Of a stretch of 64,000 bases of DNA, positions 18,975 to 27,264 are shown piece after piece (positions within the stretch are counted from its first letter, which is position 1; every line of letters begins with the position of its first letter). Source of the stretch: Candidatus Doudnabacteria bacterium RIFCSPHIGHO2_01_FULL_46_14 (GTDB taxonomy: Bacteria > Patescibacteriota > Doudnabacteria > UBA920 > 2-01-FULL-46-14); assembly GCA_001779925.1 (NCBI GenBank), contig MFEK01000016.1, positions 78,504 to 142,503 on the forward strand, given 5' to 3'. A model generated the notes under the pieces. It did not search any database, was not told the origin of the DNA, and saw only the letters and a list, made by a program, of their open reading frames with translations. A program made the translations under genes and the position numbers.

Positions 18975-19688
18975 TTACCGCTTTTTAATTTTGGCTTTTC
19001 TGCGCCGATAACGCTCTGACTCAAGACGTTGTTGTGCTCGAATTGTAATATCTTTCATTTCTTCTACACAACGACGTTCCCGCTGTCTCAATATCAGCCT
19101 TGATTCCAAAGAAAGGCCTGCGCAATCAATCGGCACCTCTATAAGGCGTTCCGCAATTGCGTCAGCGTCGGCCGCACTCAATCCGCCGCCGTAGAATCTT
19201 CGAGCCTCCCTGTATCGCTCAACAAACTCGGAGGCCGTGATGATTCTAACCAATTCGATGCCGAGTAGACAAGCAAACATACCCGCCAATGCATACTCCG
19301 CCGATTCGATAATACTGCCTGGTATCGCTGAATTAATTTTGGAGAACCAATACAGCCACTGAGCCAACCATAATTGTATTCCCGACCAGTACGGAGCGAT
19401 TAGCCACATTGGCCAAAATACGCTCCCCGCAACAATGGCTGTAATCCAAAATTGATCTTTCCGAAGCAATAAGCATGTCATGCCCGCACCGAATGCCAAT
19501 ACAATTATCAACTGCCCCCATCCTACCTGTGGGGGGATGATCTTGAAAAAAGACAGTACAAGCATCGTGAAACTCGTGCCCAATGACCAAAATGCCCGCG
19601 TTCGCACTTTATGTTTGTCTTGCAAAGCCGCCAGCGATTTTTCTTTAACCGATACCCAGACGTTGCCCCACGCCAAAACTTTACTCAT
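18975..19688 (-). CDS. Hypothetical membrane protein (ORFan cassette)
   Basis: Several TM segments, SD GGAGG, hairpin at about 18943-18968. Confidence 0.65.
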   Translation of the reverse strand: MSKVLAWGNVWVSVKEKSLAALQDKHKVRTRAFWSLGTSFTMLVLSFFKIIPPQVGWGQLIIVLAFGAGMTCLLLRKDQFWITAIVAGSVFWPMWLIAPYWSGIQLWLAQWLYWFSKINSAIPGSIIESAEYALAGMFACLLGIELVRIITASEFVERYREARRFYGGGLSAADADAIAERLIEVPIDCAGLSLESRLILRQRERRCVEEMKDITIRAQQRLESERYRRRKAKIKKR

Positions 19689-19754
19689 CAACTCCTCCGC
19701 CGTATTGTGAAACCCTGATTCCCTATTCTACATCTACTTGGATTTTTCGCAAAA

Positions 19755-20507
19755 TCAACTCTTGATAACTTTTTCGTAAGGCACGCCTGCCATCCACGCC
19801 ATATCAAACAAAATCCGCAGGGACTGGCTCACCTCCCGGCTTTCGATCTGCACTGCAAATACTGCCGGCTTGAAAGAGAAAAAAGCCACATGATTTCCGT
19901 AAATCGCGCTGTCAGTTAAAAATTCCGGAAAACTCTTTGGTGCAAAACGGCTTTGATAATATTCATGCTGTTTTATCCAGCTGACGTACTCGATGTCGGC
20001 TGGCGTCTGGGTAAGAATTTCTCTGACTTTTGTTTGTTTGGTAATCACCCGCTCCCGCAAAAGCTTGGGCATGTCCGGGAACATGGCGAACACATCTCGG
20101 ATCGTGGAAAAAAAATCAATCGCGGGCGAGGAAAATATTTTATCATAGACCTGCCTCAAACCTTGCTTGCCTTCATAAAGCTGCACTTGGGGTTTTTCTT
20201 TTTTCGCATTGTAAACCGCGAGCAGATTGGGCATGAATCTTTTGAGGAGCTCTTCCTTGCGATTAATCTCTGTCAAAATCAGCTCCGGTGATTCGGCAGT
20301 GTATAGAGTTTTCCTGGCACGAGGCACCAGACTCACTAATCCTCGCGTTTGCAAATCATCTAAGACCAAATAAGTTGTGGGTCGTTTGGTTCCGGCTTTT
20401 TTGGCAATGGATTCTACCGAAGCCACGCCCAGCTCCAAAGCGGCCAGGTAAACGCTGGCTTCTTTGGCATGTAGCCCCAGTTTTTCTAAAGTGTCTGTCA
20501 GTTCCAT
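19755..20507 (-). CDS. TrmB-family transcriptional regulator
   Basis: LGLHAKEASVYLAALELG, KRPTTY, PQVQLYEGKQG. Confidence 0.9.
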   Translation of the reverse strand: MELTDTLEKLGLHAKEASVYLAALELGVASVESIAKKAGTKRPTTYLVLDDLQTRGLVSLVPRARKTLYTAESPELILTEINRKEELLKRFMPNLLAVYNAKKEKPQVQLYEGKQGLRQVYDKIFSSPAIDFFSTIRDVFAMFPDMPKLLRERVITKQTKVREILTQTPADIEYVSWIKQHEYYQSRFAPKSFPEFLTDSAIYGNHVAFFSFKPAVFAVQIESREVSQSLRILFDMAWMAGVPYEKVIKS

Positions 20508-20520
20508 ATAATCGCATTGT

Positions 20521-20554
20521 TCCCCTCCTCGTGAGGAGGGGTTAGGGGAGGTTA
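20521..20554. repeat. CCCCTC/GAGGGG palindromic repeat arm
   Basis: tcccctcctcgtgaggaggggttaggggaggtt. Confidence 0.8.
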
Positions 20555-20556
20555 TT

Positions 20557-20626
20557 TGTCATTGCGAGGGTATTCCCGAAGCAATCTCGGGTGGGATTGC
20601 TTCGCCGACTACGGCTCGCAAAGACA
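20557..20626. repeat. GTCATTGCGAG...GCAATC REP-like doublet
   Basis: tgtcattgcgagg..gaagcaatct / gattgcttcg..ctcgcaaagaca. Confidence 0.8.
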
Positions 20627-20648
20627 GCGTAGCGAAGAATTTATATTC

Positions 20649-20665
20649 TGTCAATTTTTCTGACA
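20649..20665. promoter_or_regulatory. Putative TrmB operator TGTCA-N7-TGACA
   Basis: Perfect 5-bp arms; same geometry at the other TrmB loci. Confidence 0.6.
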
Positions 20666-20733
20666 AATTGCAAATGAACAACAAATTTTGCCTTAAATAA
20701 GGCATTATTTTCACTAATTTCTATCTAAAACTC

Positions 20734-20762
20734 TAGACAAATGTGTCAAAATTTGCTAATAT
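20734..20762 (+). promoter_or_regulatory. Sigma70-type promoter TAGACA-17-TAATAT
   Basis: Very similar to the promoter at 40513-40541. Confidence 0.6.
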
Positions 20763-20817
20763 ACATCGTTACGCTGGAAATGTCTCTAGCCTAACATCAA
20801 AGCCAAAAGGAGGGTTT

Positions 20818-20976
20818 ATGCCAAAGGTCTTAAAAATTGAAGGAAATGTAGCTGACAACGGAACGCTTCTAACCGGGGTAATAATGGTTCACTATGACCC
20901 GGAAGACTTGCAAAAATTCATGGATGATTGGCGCAAGGAAATGGAGGAGCGGAAGAAAAAAAGGAAAGAGCCTTAG
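20818..20976 (+). CDS. Small hypothetical protein
   Basis: SD AAGGAGG then MPKVLKIEG. Confidence 0.6.
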   Translation: MPKVLKIEGNVADNGTLLTGVIMVHYDPEDLQKFMDDWRKEMEERKKKRKEP

Positions 20977-21130
20977 CACTCCCTCCCCGTCTGGCCAAAA
21001 TAGACGGGAATTTTTTCCAGACAATATTCAACGCAATGAATGTTGTTTGAAAGGAATTATAACAATATCAAGGGGGGTCTTATCTTCCAGTAAGTCCTGA
21101 CCGAAAGGCAGGCATGGATTGGAGGAAATC

Positions 21131-21472
21131 ATGAAAACCATTAACGAGAAAGTGGAATATCTTCGCACCGTCCTGATCGCTGTCTTCGGCCAAGAGGGGG
21201 ATAAAAGTATGTGCTTGTCTTGTCCCCCGGGTTGCTTGCAATCTTACCGGCCATGCCCCGATGTGTCAGACCTTCGAGCGATTCTTGCTCGAATGGAAGC
21301 TGACCGCGTGGCGGGAGAAGCGTTTAAGCGGAGATACCGAACTCCGATCTATGAGGCGCTCCTCAAGATCGGATTCAATCCGCAGGCTGCAGAGAGACTC
21401 ACCGACAGGACTAGCCGCGACTGTATACGCGGTGATGAGTTCCTGGAATTGGTGAGGAGCAATCTCTCGTAG
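21131..21472 (+). CDS. Hypothetical protein (Cys-rich segment)
   Basis: SD GGAGG; C..C...C......C. Confidence 0.6.
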   Translation: MKTINEKVEYLRTVLIAVFGQEGDKSMCLSCPPGCLQSYRPCPDVSDLRAILARMEADRVAGEAFKRRYRTPIYEALLKIGFNPQAAERLTDRTSRDCIRGDEFLELVRSNLS

Positions 21473-21591
21473 CCCAAACCCTTTCTCCGCCCGTGATTTG
21501 GCTTGCGACAATTCACGGGAATTTTTTCCAGATAAGTATCGCATGGGGCGATGGTTGTCTGAAAAGAATTTGAAAACCTTTTGGAGGAATT

Positions 21592-22194
21592 ATGCAACGG
21601 ACTTGGAAGAATTTCTTTGGGTTAGCAACTGCAATGATAGTGGTGATGATTATCGCCAGCAAATGCGATGCGCACGGACAAGGACTAGCAGAGATTCGCG
21701 GGACGAATACGAAATACCGTTACATTGATGCCGCCTACAGTTTCAAGAACAATATCATGCTTGATGGATTCTATCTTGGCGTGCCTGGCGAAAATCAAAT
21801 CCATGCCGGTGCCGGATACAATATCAAGCCCAGCGAACATTTTACAATCACCCCGGCTGTCTACATGACACGTTCAAAGGAAGGTGAAACTGGAATCAAA
21901 GCCGCTTTGCTCGTGAATGGAAGCCTGGGCCGCTGGAAAACTAATGCTTTTCTTGGGAAACACAAATCCCTAAAAAGTTTACCATCTTACACTTTTTTGG
22001 ACGCTCTCGAACTGGCACGCAGCGTGAAACAATTCGAGATCGGTGTCTCAACAGGATTCGTTCACATGGAGCGCAACTGGAACCCACTCGTCGGCCCGGT
22101 AGTAAAATTCAACGACAAATCAGGCGCATGGAGCTTATCCGTACGCAGCGGCAGTGAAACGGAAATCCGGCTCACGCGAACTTTCAACTTCTGA
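21592..22194 (+). CDS. Secreted protein with beta-barrel-like alternating strands and C-terminal Phe
   Basis: Signal peptide, amphipathic strands, ends IRLTRTFNF; SD GGAGG. Confidence 0.6.
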   Translation: MQRTWKNFFGLATAMIVVMIIASKCDAHGQGLAEIRGTNTKYRYIDAAYSFKNNIMLDGFYLGVPGENQIHAGAGYNIKPSEHFTITPAVYMTRSKEGETGIKAALLVNGSLGRWKTNAFLGKHKSLKSLPSYTFLDALELARSVKQFEIGVSTGFVHMERNWNPLVGPVVKFNDKSGAWSLSVRSGSETEIRLTRTFNF

Positions 22195-22206
22195 CAAGGA
22201 GAGTTT

Positions 22207-22926
22207 ATGGACAAATGGACACGACTTGACGACCGAATGCTGGAACGGCGATTCTTGACTGAAAAAAATCCCGCCCTCGTCAACATCGAACGGCAAAGTT
22301 TATCCGCGGCCGAGGAGCAAGGAACATGGATAGTCCGACAATATTGTTCCCTGGTCCGGATGATCATCGAATACCTGGGACTAGGGATGAGCCTCATCCC
22401 GATACATAGGGTGCAAACAGAACTTGCTCGAAATATCGGCGAAGAGCAAGGCTCGCGCACGGGTGGCGTGCCGCACCGGGAACTGCTAGCCAAGATCCTG
22501 CGCGATGAGCTGAACATGGAATGCTTTTCGCCCTGGTCACAGGCCACCCTGCGTTTTCACCTGGCTCTGCTGGGACAGTTTCAAACACAAGCTAAAAACC
22601 CGGTACATATCGCGGGAATGATCTACGCCCTCGAGGCCAGCGCGTGTCCGGAGCTTCTCGTGGTAGCCAGAATCATCAACAGTTTTGCCGGCTATCAGGT
22701 GGTCAATCTCGACACGGTTCAAGATTTCAATCGAAGTCGTGAGATCAAAACTCTGGAGGACTTCATCGCCGTCCATGTCATTGATTTCGAGCTCGGCCAC
22801 AAGCTCGGGCTCTGCCAAACCCTCGACAGATTTGCCTCCACTGACTGGGAGGCGTTCGAGCTGGGATTTGAATTCGTGCTGGACACCATGGCCGAGTGGT
22901 GGGAGGCGCTGAGCAATGGGGGATGA
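22207..22926 (+). CDS. Heme-oxygenase-like di-iron protein (CADD/PqqC/TenA superfamily)
   Basis: NIGEE..G..H, GMIYALE, H....E..H ligand pattern. Confidence 0.65.
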   Translation: MDKWTRLDDRMLERRFLTEKNPALVNIERQSLSAAEEQGTWIVRQYCSLVRMIIEYLGLGMSLIPIHRVQTELARNIGEEQGSRTGGVPHRELLAKILRDELNMECFSPWSQATLRFHLALLGQFQTQAKNPVHIAGMIYALEASACPELLVVARIINSFAGYQVVNLDTVQDFNRSREIKTLEDFIAVHVIDFELGHKLGLCQTLDRFASTDWEAFELGFEFVLDTMAEWWEALSNGG

Positions 22927-22941
22927 ATTTCGTACCAATTC

Positions 22942-22984
22942 AAAACCCGGGCGAGAGCAATCTCATCGCCCGGTTTTTTATTTT
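22942..22984 (+). terminator. Intrinsic terminator, near-identical to 24674-24715
   Basis: ccgggcgagagcaatctcatcgcccgg plus T tract. Confidence 0.75.
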
Positions 22985-23053
22985 GCTAATTATCCACAGA
23001 GACTCACTTACTTCACAGCCGTGAATGAAGTGAGTACTTGTTAAATTATGCTG

Positions 23054-23097
23054 AAGTACCCCACAGACTTCACGATCGTGAAGTCTGTGGGGTACTT
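23054..23097. repeat. Perfect 44-bp palindrome (CTTCACGATCGTGAAG core)
   Basis: aagtaccccacagacttcacga|tcgtgaagtctgtggggtactt. Confidence 0.9.
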
Positions 23098-23846
23098 TAT
23101 TTTTCTTCTCCGGTGGACTCCCAAATAAAATAAAAAAGCGAGCGCATGGTCGCGGCGATCTCTTTTGAACGGATGATGAGTCCGATTGGCTCGCTATCTT
23201 TGCGCCATAAAGCAAAAGATGCATTGTCGCCATAAATGTAGCAGTCGAGTGGCAACGGAAATTTCTTTGAATCCAAAGTTTTTACTCGGCGCAAAAAGGC
23301 AGGATCAGTTTTTAAATTCATCTCCGCTGATCTTGCGACGCCGCTCAGCAAAATATCAATTGCAATTCCGTATTTAATTCTTCTGGGAATATAATAATTA
23401 CTCGCATACTCATCAATCGCAGGATGGATGTTTTCTAAACCTACAAAATTGAGCGTCGGCTTGCGCTGATGGAGATTGTCCAAATAGATTTTCTTTACGC
23501 CTTCTACGCCTTCATAAAAAACAATTTTCGGTTTCACAGAAGCAGTTGCTAGTAACATCCGCAGCTCTGGCAGACGTTTCTGTATTAGCTCCAGTTCAGC
23601 TGCTTTTTTCTCTACATAGCTTTCCGGATCTTCTGCCACTAGAAAGCGTCTTTTGCCAATCATGGTTTCTGAGAGAAGGCCTTTGCTGAATAAATTTGGT
23701 AGGAGTTTATAGAGTGTTGGCCTTTTTACCCCTGATTTATCTGCCAAGTGTTTAGGCAATGACCTGCCCAATTCCAAGGCTGATAAATAAATGGCTGATT
23801 CGGCCTTGGAAAGTCCTAGATTTTCTAATGTTTCTTCAATATGCAT
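23097..23846 (-). CDS. TrmB-family transcriptional regulator
   Basis: LGLSKAESAIYLSALELG, KRPTLY, PKIVFYEGVEG. Confidence 0.9.
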   Translation of the reverse strand: MHIEETLENLGLSKAESAIYLSALELGRSLPKHLADKSGVKRPTLYKLLPNLFSKGLLSETMIGKRRFLVAEDPESYVEKKAAELELIQKRLPELRMLLATASVKPKIVFYEGVEGVKKIYLDNLHQRKPTLNFVGLENIHPAIDEYASNYYIPRRIKYGIAIDILLSGVARSAEMNLKTDPAFLRRVKTLDSKKFPLPLDCYIYGDNASFALWRKDSEPIGLIIRSKEIAATMRSLFYFIWESTGEEK

Positions 23847-23961
23847 ATTAAAGTGTTGCAGTTTATGACACTTTATATCATGCATTATTTACTTTATCTC
23901 GTCAACAATATATGATCCAAAGTCACAATAGACACAAATTGTGACAGAAATTGGAGGAACG

Positions 23962-24120
23962 ATGACAGTTGAAGAAGGAATGTCCCGTGCCATTGAGATT
24001 GCAAAACAGCTTGCTGTGCAAATTGGTTGGAAACGACAAGGTGAAACCAGTGCATATTACGCACTAACTGTTGCAATTCTCGCCGCAGCAATCTTCAGCC
24101 GCATGGGAGGAGAAGAATGA
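23962..24120 (+). CDS. 52-aa small membrane protein (not in ORF track)
   Basis: SD GGAGG, MTVEEGMSRAIEIAK...ILAAAIFSRMGGEE, ATGA overlap with the next gene. Confidence 0.6.
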   Translation: MTVEEGMSRAIEIAKQLAVQIGWKRQGETSAYYALTVAILAAAIFSRMGGEE

Positions 24121-24668
24121 TCGAACAATTTCGAGTTACAAAACATAACGGGGAGGACCCTTACTATCCCGTCCGCTTCACAGCAGTGCTTCCCGAAAAA
24201 AAGCCTCTCAAGGCCCTGGTTAAGGAAGTCGTGAAAGCCATCTGTAATTGGAAAGCTCCCTGGGGTAAGGTCTTCGAGATTTACTGCGACAATCCCGCGT
24301 ACATTCCTTACAACTATGTTAAAACTGATGAAAAACGCGGAGTGGCGGCGTTTGTCCTTCTTCAAGAAAGACCTCTCATTGCAATCCTTCAAGGACCTGC
24401 AAGAGCATGGGATGAAGCTATCTACGCAATACGTCTGGAAGGTGACGTTGTCCGAGGCTGGCGCATTGAACACGGCTCTGGTTACCACGGACCTGATGGC
24501 GATGCATTCGGCAACCACTACCGATTCGTTCTGACAGAACTCAAAGCCGGAGTGCTGCGCTACACTGCAATGACCAAAACAGATCGGAGGAAAAACGATC
24601 AAGGTGTATGGACTTCGAAAATTCAGGATACTCCAAAAGAAATAGACCTACTCGCGGAGATACCCTAA
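24117..24668 (+). CDS. Hypothetical protein (ORFan cassette)
   Basis: SD GGAGG; followed by the duplicated terminator. Confidence 0.65.
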   Translation: MIEQFRVTKHNGEDPYYPVRFTAVLPEKKPLKALVKEVVKAICNWKAPWGKVFEIYCDNPAYIPYNYVKTDEKRGVAAFVLLQERPLIAILQGPARAWDEAIYAIRLEGDVVRGWRIEHGSGYHGPDGDAFGNHYRFVLTELKAGVLRYTAMTKTDRRKNDQGVWTSKIQDTPKEIDLLAEIP

Positions 24669-24673
24669 AAATT

Positions 24674-24715
24674 AAACCGAGGCGAGAGCAATCTCATCGC
24701 CCGGTTTTTTATTTG
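24674..24715 (+). terminator. Intrinsic terminator, copy 2
   Basis: ggcgagagcaatctcatcgcccggttttttt. Confidence 0.75.
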
Positions 24716-24726
24716 CCTAAATGAAC

Positions 24727-24944
24727 CACCCCCGCAGCAAGCTGACGGGGTATCATAAGCCTACGATTCACCCCTCCCTAACCCTCCCCATCAAGGGGAG
24801 GGAAAAAGCAGGGAACCGCGGCAAGCCGCGGGGAATTAGACCCGGGGAGATTAAATAGTGACCCATAGGATTCACGATCGTGAAGTCTGTGAGTCATTTT
24901 ACGCTATGACCTCCCCCTAGCCCCTCCTCAATGAGGAGGGGAAT
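24727..24944. repeat. Stack of palindromic repeats (CCCCGCAGCAAG pair enclosing a CCCCTC arm, a CTTCACGATCGTGAAG copy, another CCCCTC arm)
   Basis: Units at about 24727-24843, 24768-24804, 24859-24896 and 24907-24944. Confidence 0.75.
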
Positions 24945-24945
24945 T

Positions 24946-25809
24946 TCAAAACTGCCGGGATTTGCCGACGATCATTTTGATTTTTTGTTTCGCGACCTTT
25001 ATTATTGCGGGGGCTTTGGTGTAGACTTGCCCCTCAATAGAGAGCGGTAGTTTCCGCGGGCCAAGGACTTCGATCTGTTTGGCGTGCATGATGGTAGCGC
25101 CGGGCACATTGTCGAGACAGCCGGTAGCCAGCTCACGGCGGTAGCGGATAATTTGCCCGCTTGCAAGTTTGTTCAGTAATAAAATATCGAGAAGTTTGTC
25201 AGTGGGATCCCCGAGTTTGACCTTGCACCCGGCGTTATTGCGGCAATTGATAATCTGCGCGCCCAACACCTCTGAGGAAACCCGAAACGAATCATCAAGC
25301 TCAAGCTGTACCTCGAAAGGTGCTAGCCTCATGAATGTGCGCACGCTTGATAGGCCCATAAACCCGGGCTCGATCTGGGAAAACTGATTTTCTCCAAGCT
25401 CCACCTTGGATAAAAAATAATGCTCATTAATCTCACCCAAATCCAGGCTCGCTACCAAGCGACCTGCCAAAGTCTTTACTGAAAGCTCGATGTCAGGCGT
25501 GATCCCGAAAATCTGCCCTAACCTGGAATCTGAATCAAGCGAAATAAAGCCCACAGTAATGTCAGCGTGATGGCGCACCAAGGCATTGATAGCGCGGTTG
25601 AGCGTACTATCCGAGCCTACCACAATGATAGTTTTGGCCTCAAGGCCAATGGCTTGATCCACCAAAAGCTCCACGGTTCGGATCGAGGTCACCCGATAAG
25701 TCTCCCCTTCTATATGGTGTTCCGCGATCAGGTTCAGGAGGCGTCCTTGGATGCGCTCAAAATATTTGACTTCTTTGTCCTTTCCCGGATCAAAGATATA
25801 AAAATACAT
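24946..25809 (-). CDS. Diacylglycerol kinase family protein (degenerate motif)
   Basis: IIVVGSDSTLN (GGDGT-like), LDLGEIN, DPTDKLLD, IEGQ. Confidence 0.75.
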   Translation of the reverse strand: MYFYIFDPGKDKEVKYFERIQGRLLNLIAEHHIEGETYRVTSIRTVELLVDQAIGLEAKTIIVVGSDSTLNRAINALVRHHADITVGFISLDSDSRLGQIFGITPDIELSVKTLAGRLVASLDLGEINEHYFLSKVELGENQFSQIEPGFMGLSSVRTFMRLAPFEVQLELDDSFRVSSEVLGAQIINCRNNAGCKVKLGDPTDKLLDILLLNKLASGQIIRYRRELATGCLDNVPGATIMHAKQIEVLGPRKLPLSIEGQVYTKAPAIIKVAKQKIKMIVGKSRQF

Positions 25810-25812
25810 GGC

Positions 25813-25890
25813 TTTACGAATTACTAATCTTTACGAATATACGAATCCGAATTCACATTCGTAAATTCGTACCAATTCGTTATTCGTAAA
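25813..25890. repeat. TTACGAA-family inverted heptamer array
   Basis: tttacgaattactaat...ttcgttattcgtaaaa. Confidence 0.8.
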
Positions 25891-25895
25891 ACTTT

Positions 25896-26300
25896 TTATT
25901 CTTCTTCCTCTGGCAGAACGTCACTAAGACTTTCGCCGCCTTCCGGCATGCTCATCGTGCAGGAGCCGGTAAACCGCGCTCCCTCAGCAATAGACAGACG
26001 CCCGCAGGAAATATTTCCCGAGACTTTCCCTGTTTCCTGGATGAGCAGACTGTCCTTGATTTTAATCTCGCCTTTAACCTGGCCTGCGATAACCGCGTTG
26101 CCAGAATCAATGTCGGCCTCAATGTTGGCGGCCGCTCCGACATAAAGATTTTTTGTAGTTTTTATTTTTCCGCTGACCGCTCCCTCAACGCGGATATCCC
26201 CTTCGCTGACCAAATCGCCTTCGATTTTTACTGAAGCGCCGACCACTGTTTCCGGGGCGCCGCCGTCATTGTAGTCTTCTCTTTTCGACATAATACCCAT
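25896..26300 (-). CDS. Bactofilin (polymer-forming cytoskeletal protein)
   Basis: TVVGASVKIEGDL, IRVEGAVSG, LSIAEGARFTG. Confidence 0.92.
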   Translation of the reverse strand: MGIMSKREDYNDGGAPETVVGASVKIEGDLVSEGDIRVEGAVSGKIKTTKNLYVGAAANIEADIDSGNAVIAGQVKGEIKIKDSLLIQETGKVSGNISCGRLSIAEGARFTGSCTMSMPEGGESLSDVLPEEEE

Positions 26301-26360
26301 TATTAATAATTTAAAATTAAAAAGTCAAAATGGAAAATTACGGTGTAAAATTGTTAATTG

Positions 26361-26858
26361 TCATTCTACGCTTTGATCTTTCAATTTTGCATTATTAATA
26401 GCTAGTTTTTCCTCCTCAGTCAGATGATACTCGGATTTGCCGTTTGCAATGGATTTGCCATATATCCTCGTTCCTTCCCTGGCATGGAGTGAGCTTATTA
26501 CTATACCATTGTCATTCCCATCCAGTAAAGCGAGGGTAAAACTCATGTTGCCGCCTGCTTCCGCAAACGGATTGAATCGCACGAGCCCGGTTTTTTGAAC
26601 ATTAAATCGATTACTCTCCACCAACTCCTCGAGAATCTTGCCCAGCTCTTTGAGATTTTTGTTGTGAGTGGCCAGGGTTTTTTTATGCTTAAGCACGATC
26701 TCCTCGATTGACGGCACTTCTTCACCGGCTACCAGCTGGCTGTGCTGCATGCCGAAATCACGCAAACGCAAAAATAGCCAAATCAATAACAACACATTGA
26801 TTATTGATACTATTCCGACAGCCAAAATGAAGTATGGATTATTTAAAAAATCTATCAT
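26361..26858 (-). CDS. DUF4446 family membrane protein
   Basis: QKTGLVRFNPF..GGNMSF.LALLD...G.VISSLH.RE. Confidence 0.88.
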   Translation of the reverse strand: MIDFLNNPYFILAVGIVSIINVLLLIWLFLRLRDFGMQHSQLVAGEEVPSIEEIVLKHKKTLATHNKNLKELGKILEELVESNRFNVQKTGLVRFNPFAEAGGNMSFTLALLDGNDNGIVISSLHAREGTRIYGKSIANGKSEYHLTEEEKLAINNAKLKDQSVE

Positions 26859-26902
26859 ATAATAACCGAGTCCTTAACCTTAATTTCCCTAATTATACTC
26901 AC

Positions 26903-27073
26903 ATGTCAGATAATACCCAAATAGATCCGGATTTTCAGAAAGATTACGACCACATCAGAGCTGATGTCAAAAAGGTCGTGATAAATAACATCCTGTTCGT
27001 GGGCTTGCTCGTGGCCATATATTTCGCCAATCAGCGATTCGGGTTTCTCAGCAGACTGGAGAATTTTTTTTAA
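26903..27073 (+). CDS. Small membrane protein
   Basis: Y.HIR.D.KK followed by a TM helix. Confidence 0.55.
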   Translation: MSDNTQIDPDFQKDYDHIRADVKKVVINNILFVGLLVAIYFANQRFGFLSRLENFF

Positions 27074-27120
27074 TATGAAGCGCGGCATTTTTACCCCATA
27101 CTAAATTTTTGTGAATGCTT

Positions 27121-27194
27121 GGGGGTATAGTAAAGTGGTATTACGCAGCATTCGCATTGCTGAGGCTCGGGTTCGATTCCCGATACCTCCACCA
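27121..27194 (+). tRNA. tRNA-Ala(CGC)
   Basis: CAGCA-TT-CGC-AT-TGCTG, G3:U70, CCA. Confidence 0.93.
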
Positions 27195-27264
27195 CAAAAA
27201 TTTTAGTACCGGATCGCATTATAGAAATATCTACTATAAATCACTACCAAAAAAACGGCTGATA

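Noticed and set aside
18286-19011. Long antisense ORFs (also 28575-29159, 44357-44923, 45197-45811, 35474-36127)
   Set aside because: Opposite-strand shadows of infB, tonB, gyrA and the DUF4349-like gene, with no motifs
23054-23097. Protelomerase (telRL) site
   Set aside because: Multiple dispersed variant copies and no protelomerase gene in the window
20730-24950. Classical integron
   Set aside because: No IntI tyrosine recombinase in the window and no canonical RYYYAAC/GTTRRRY ends; kept only as a cassette-like motif
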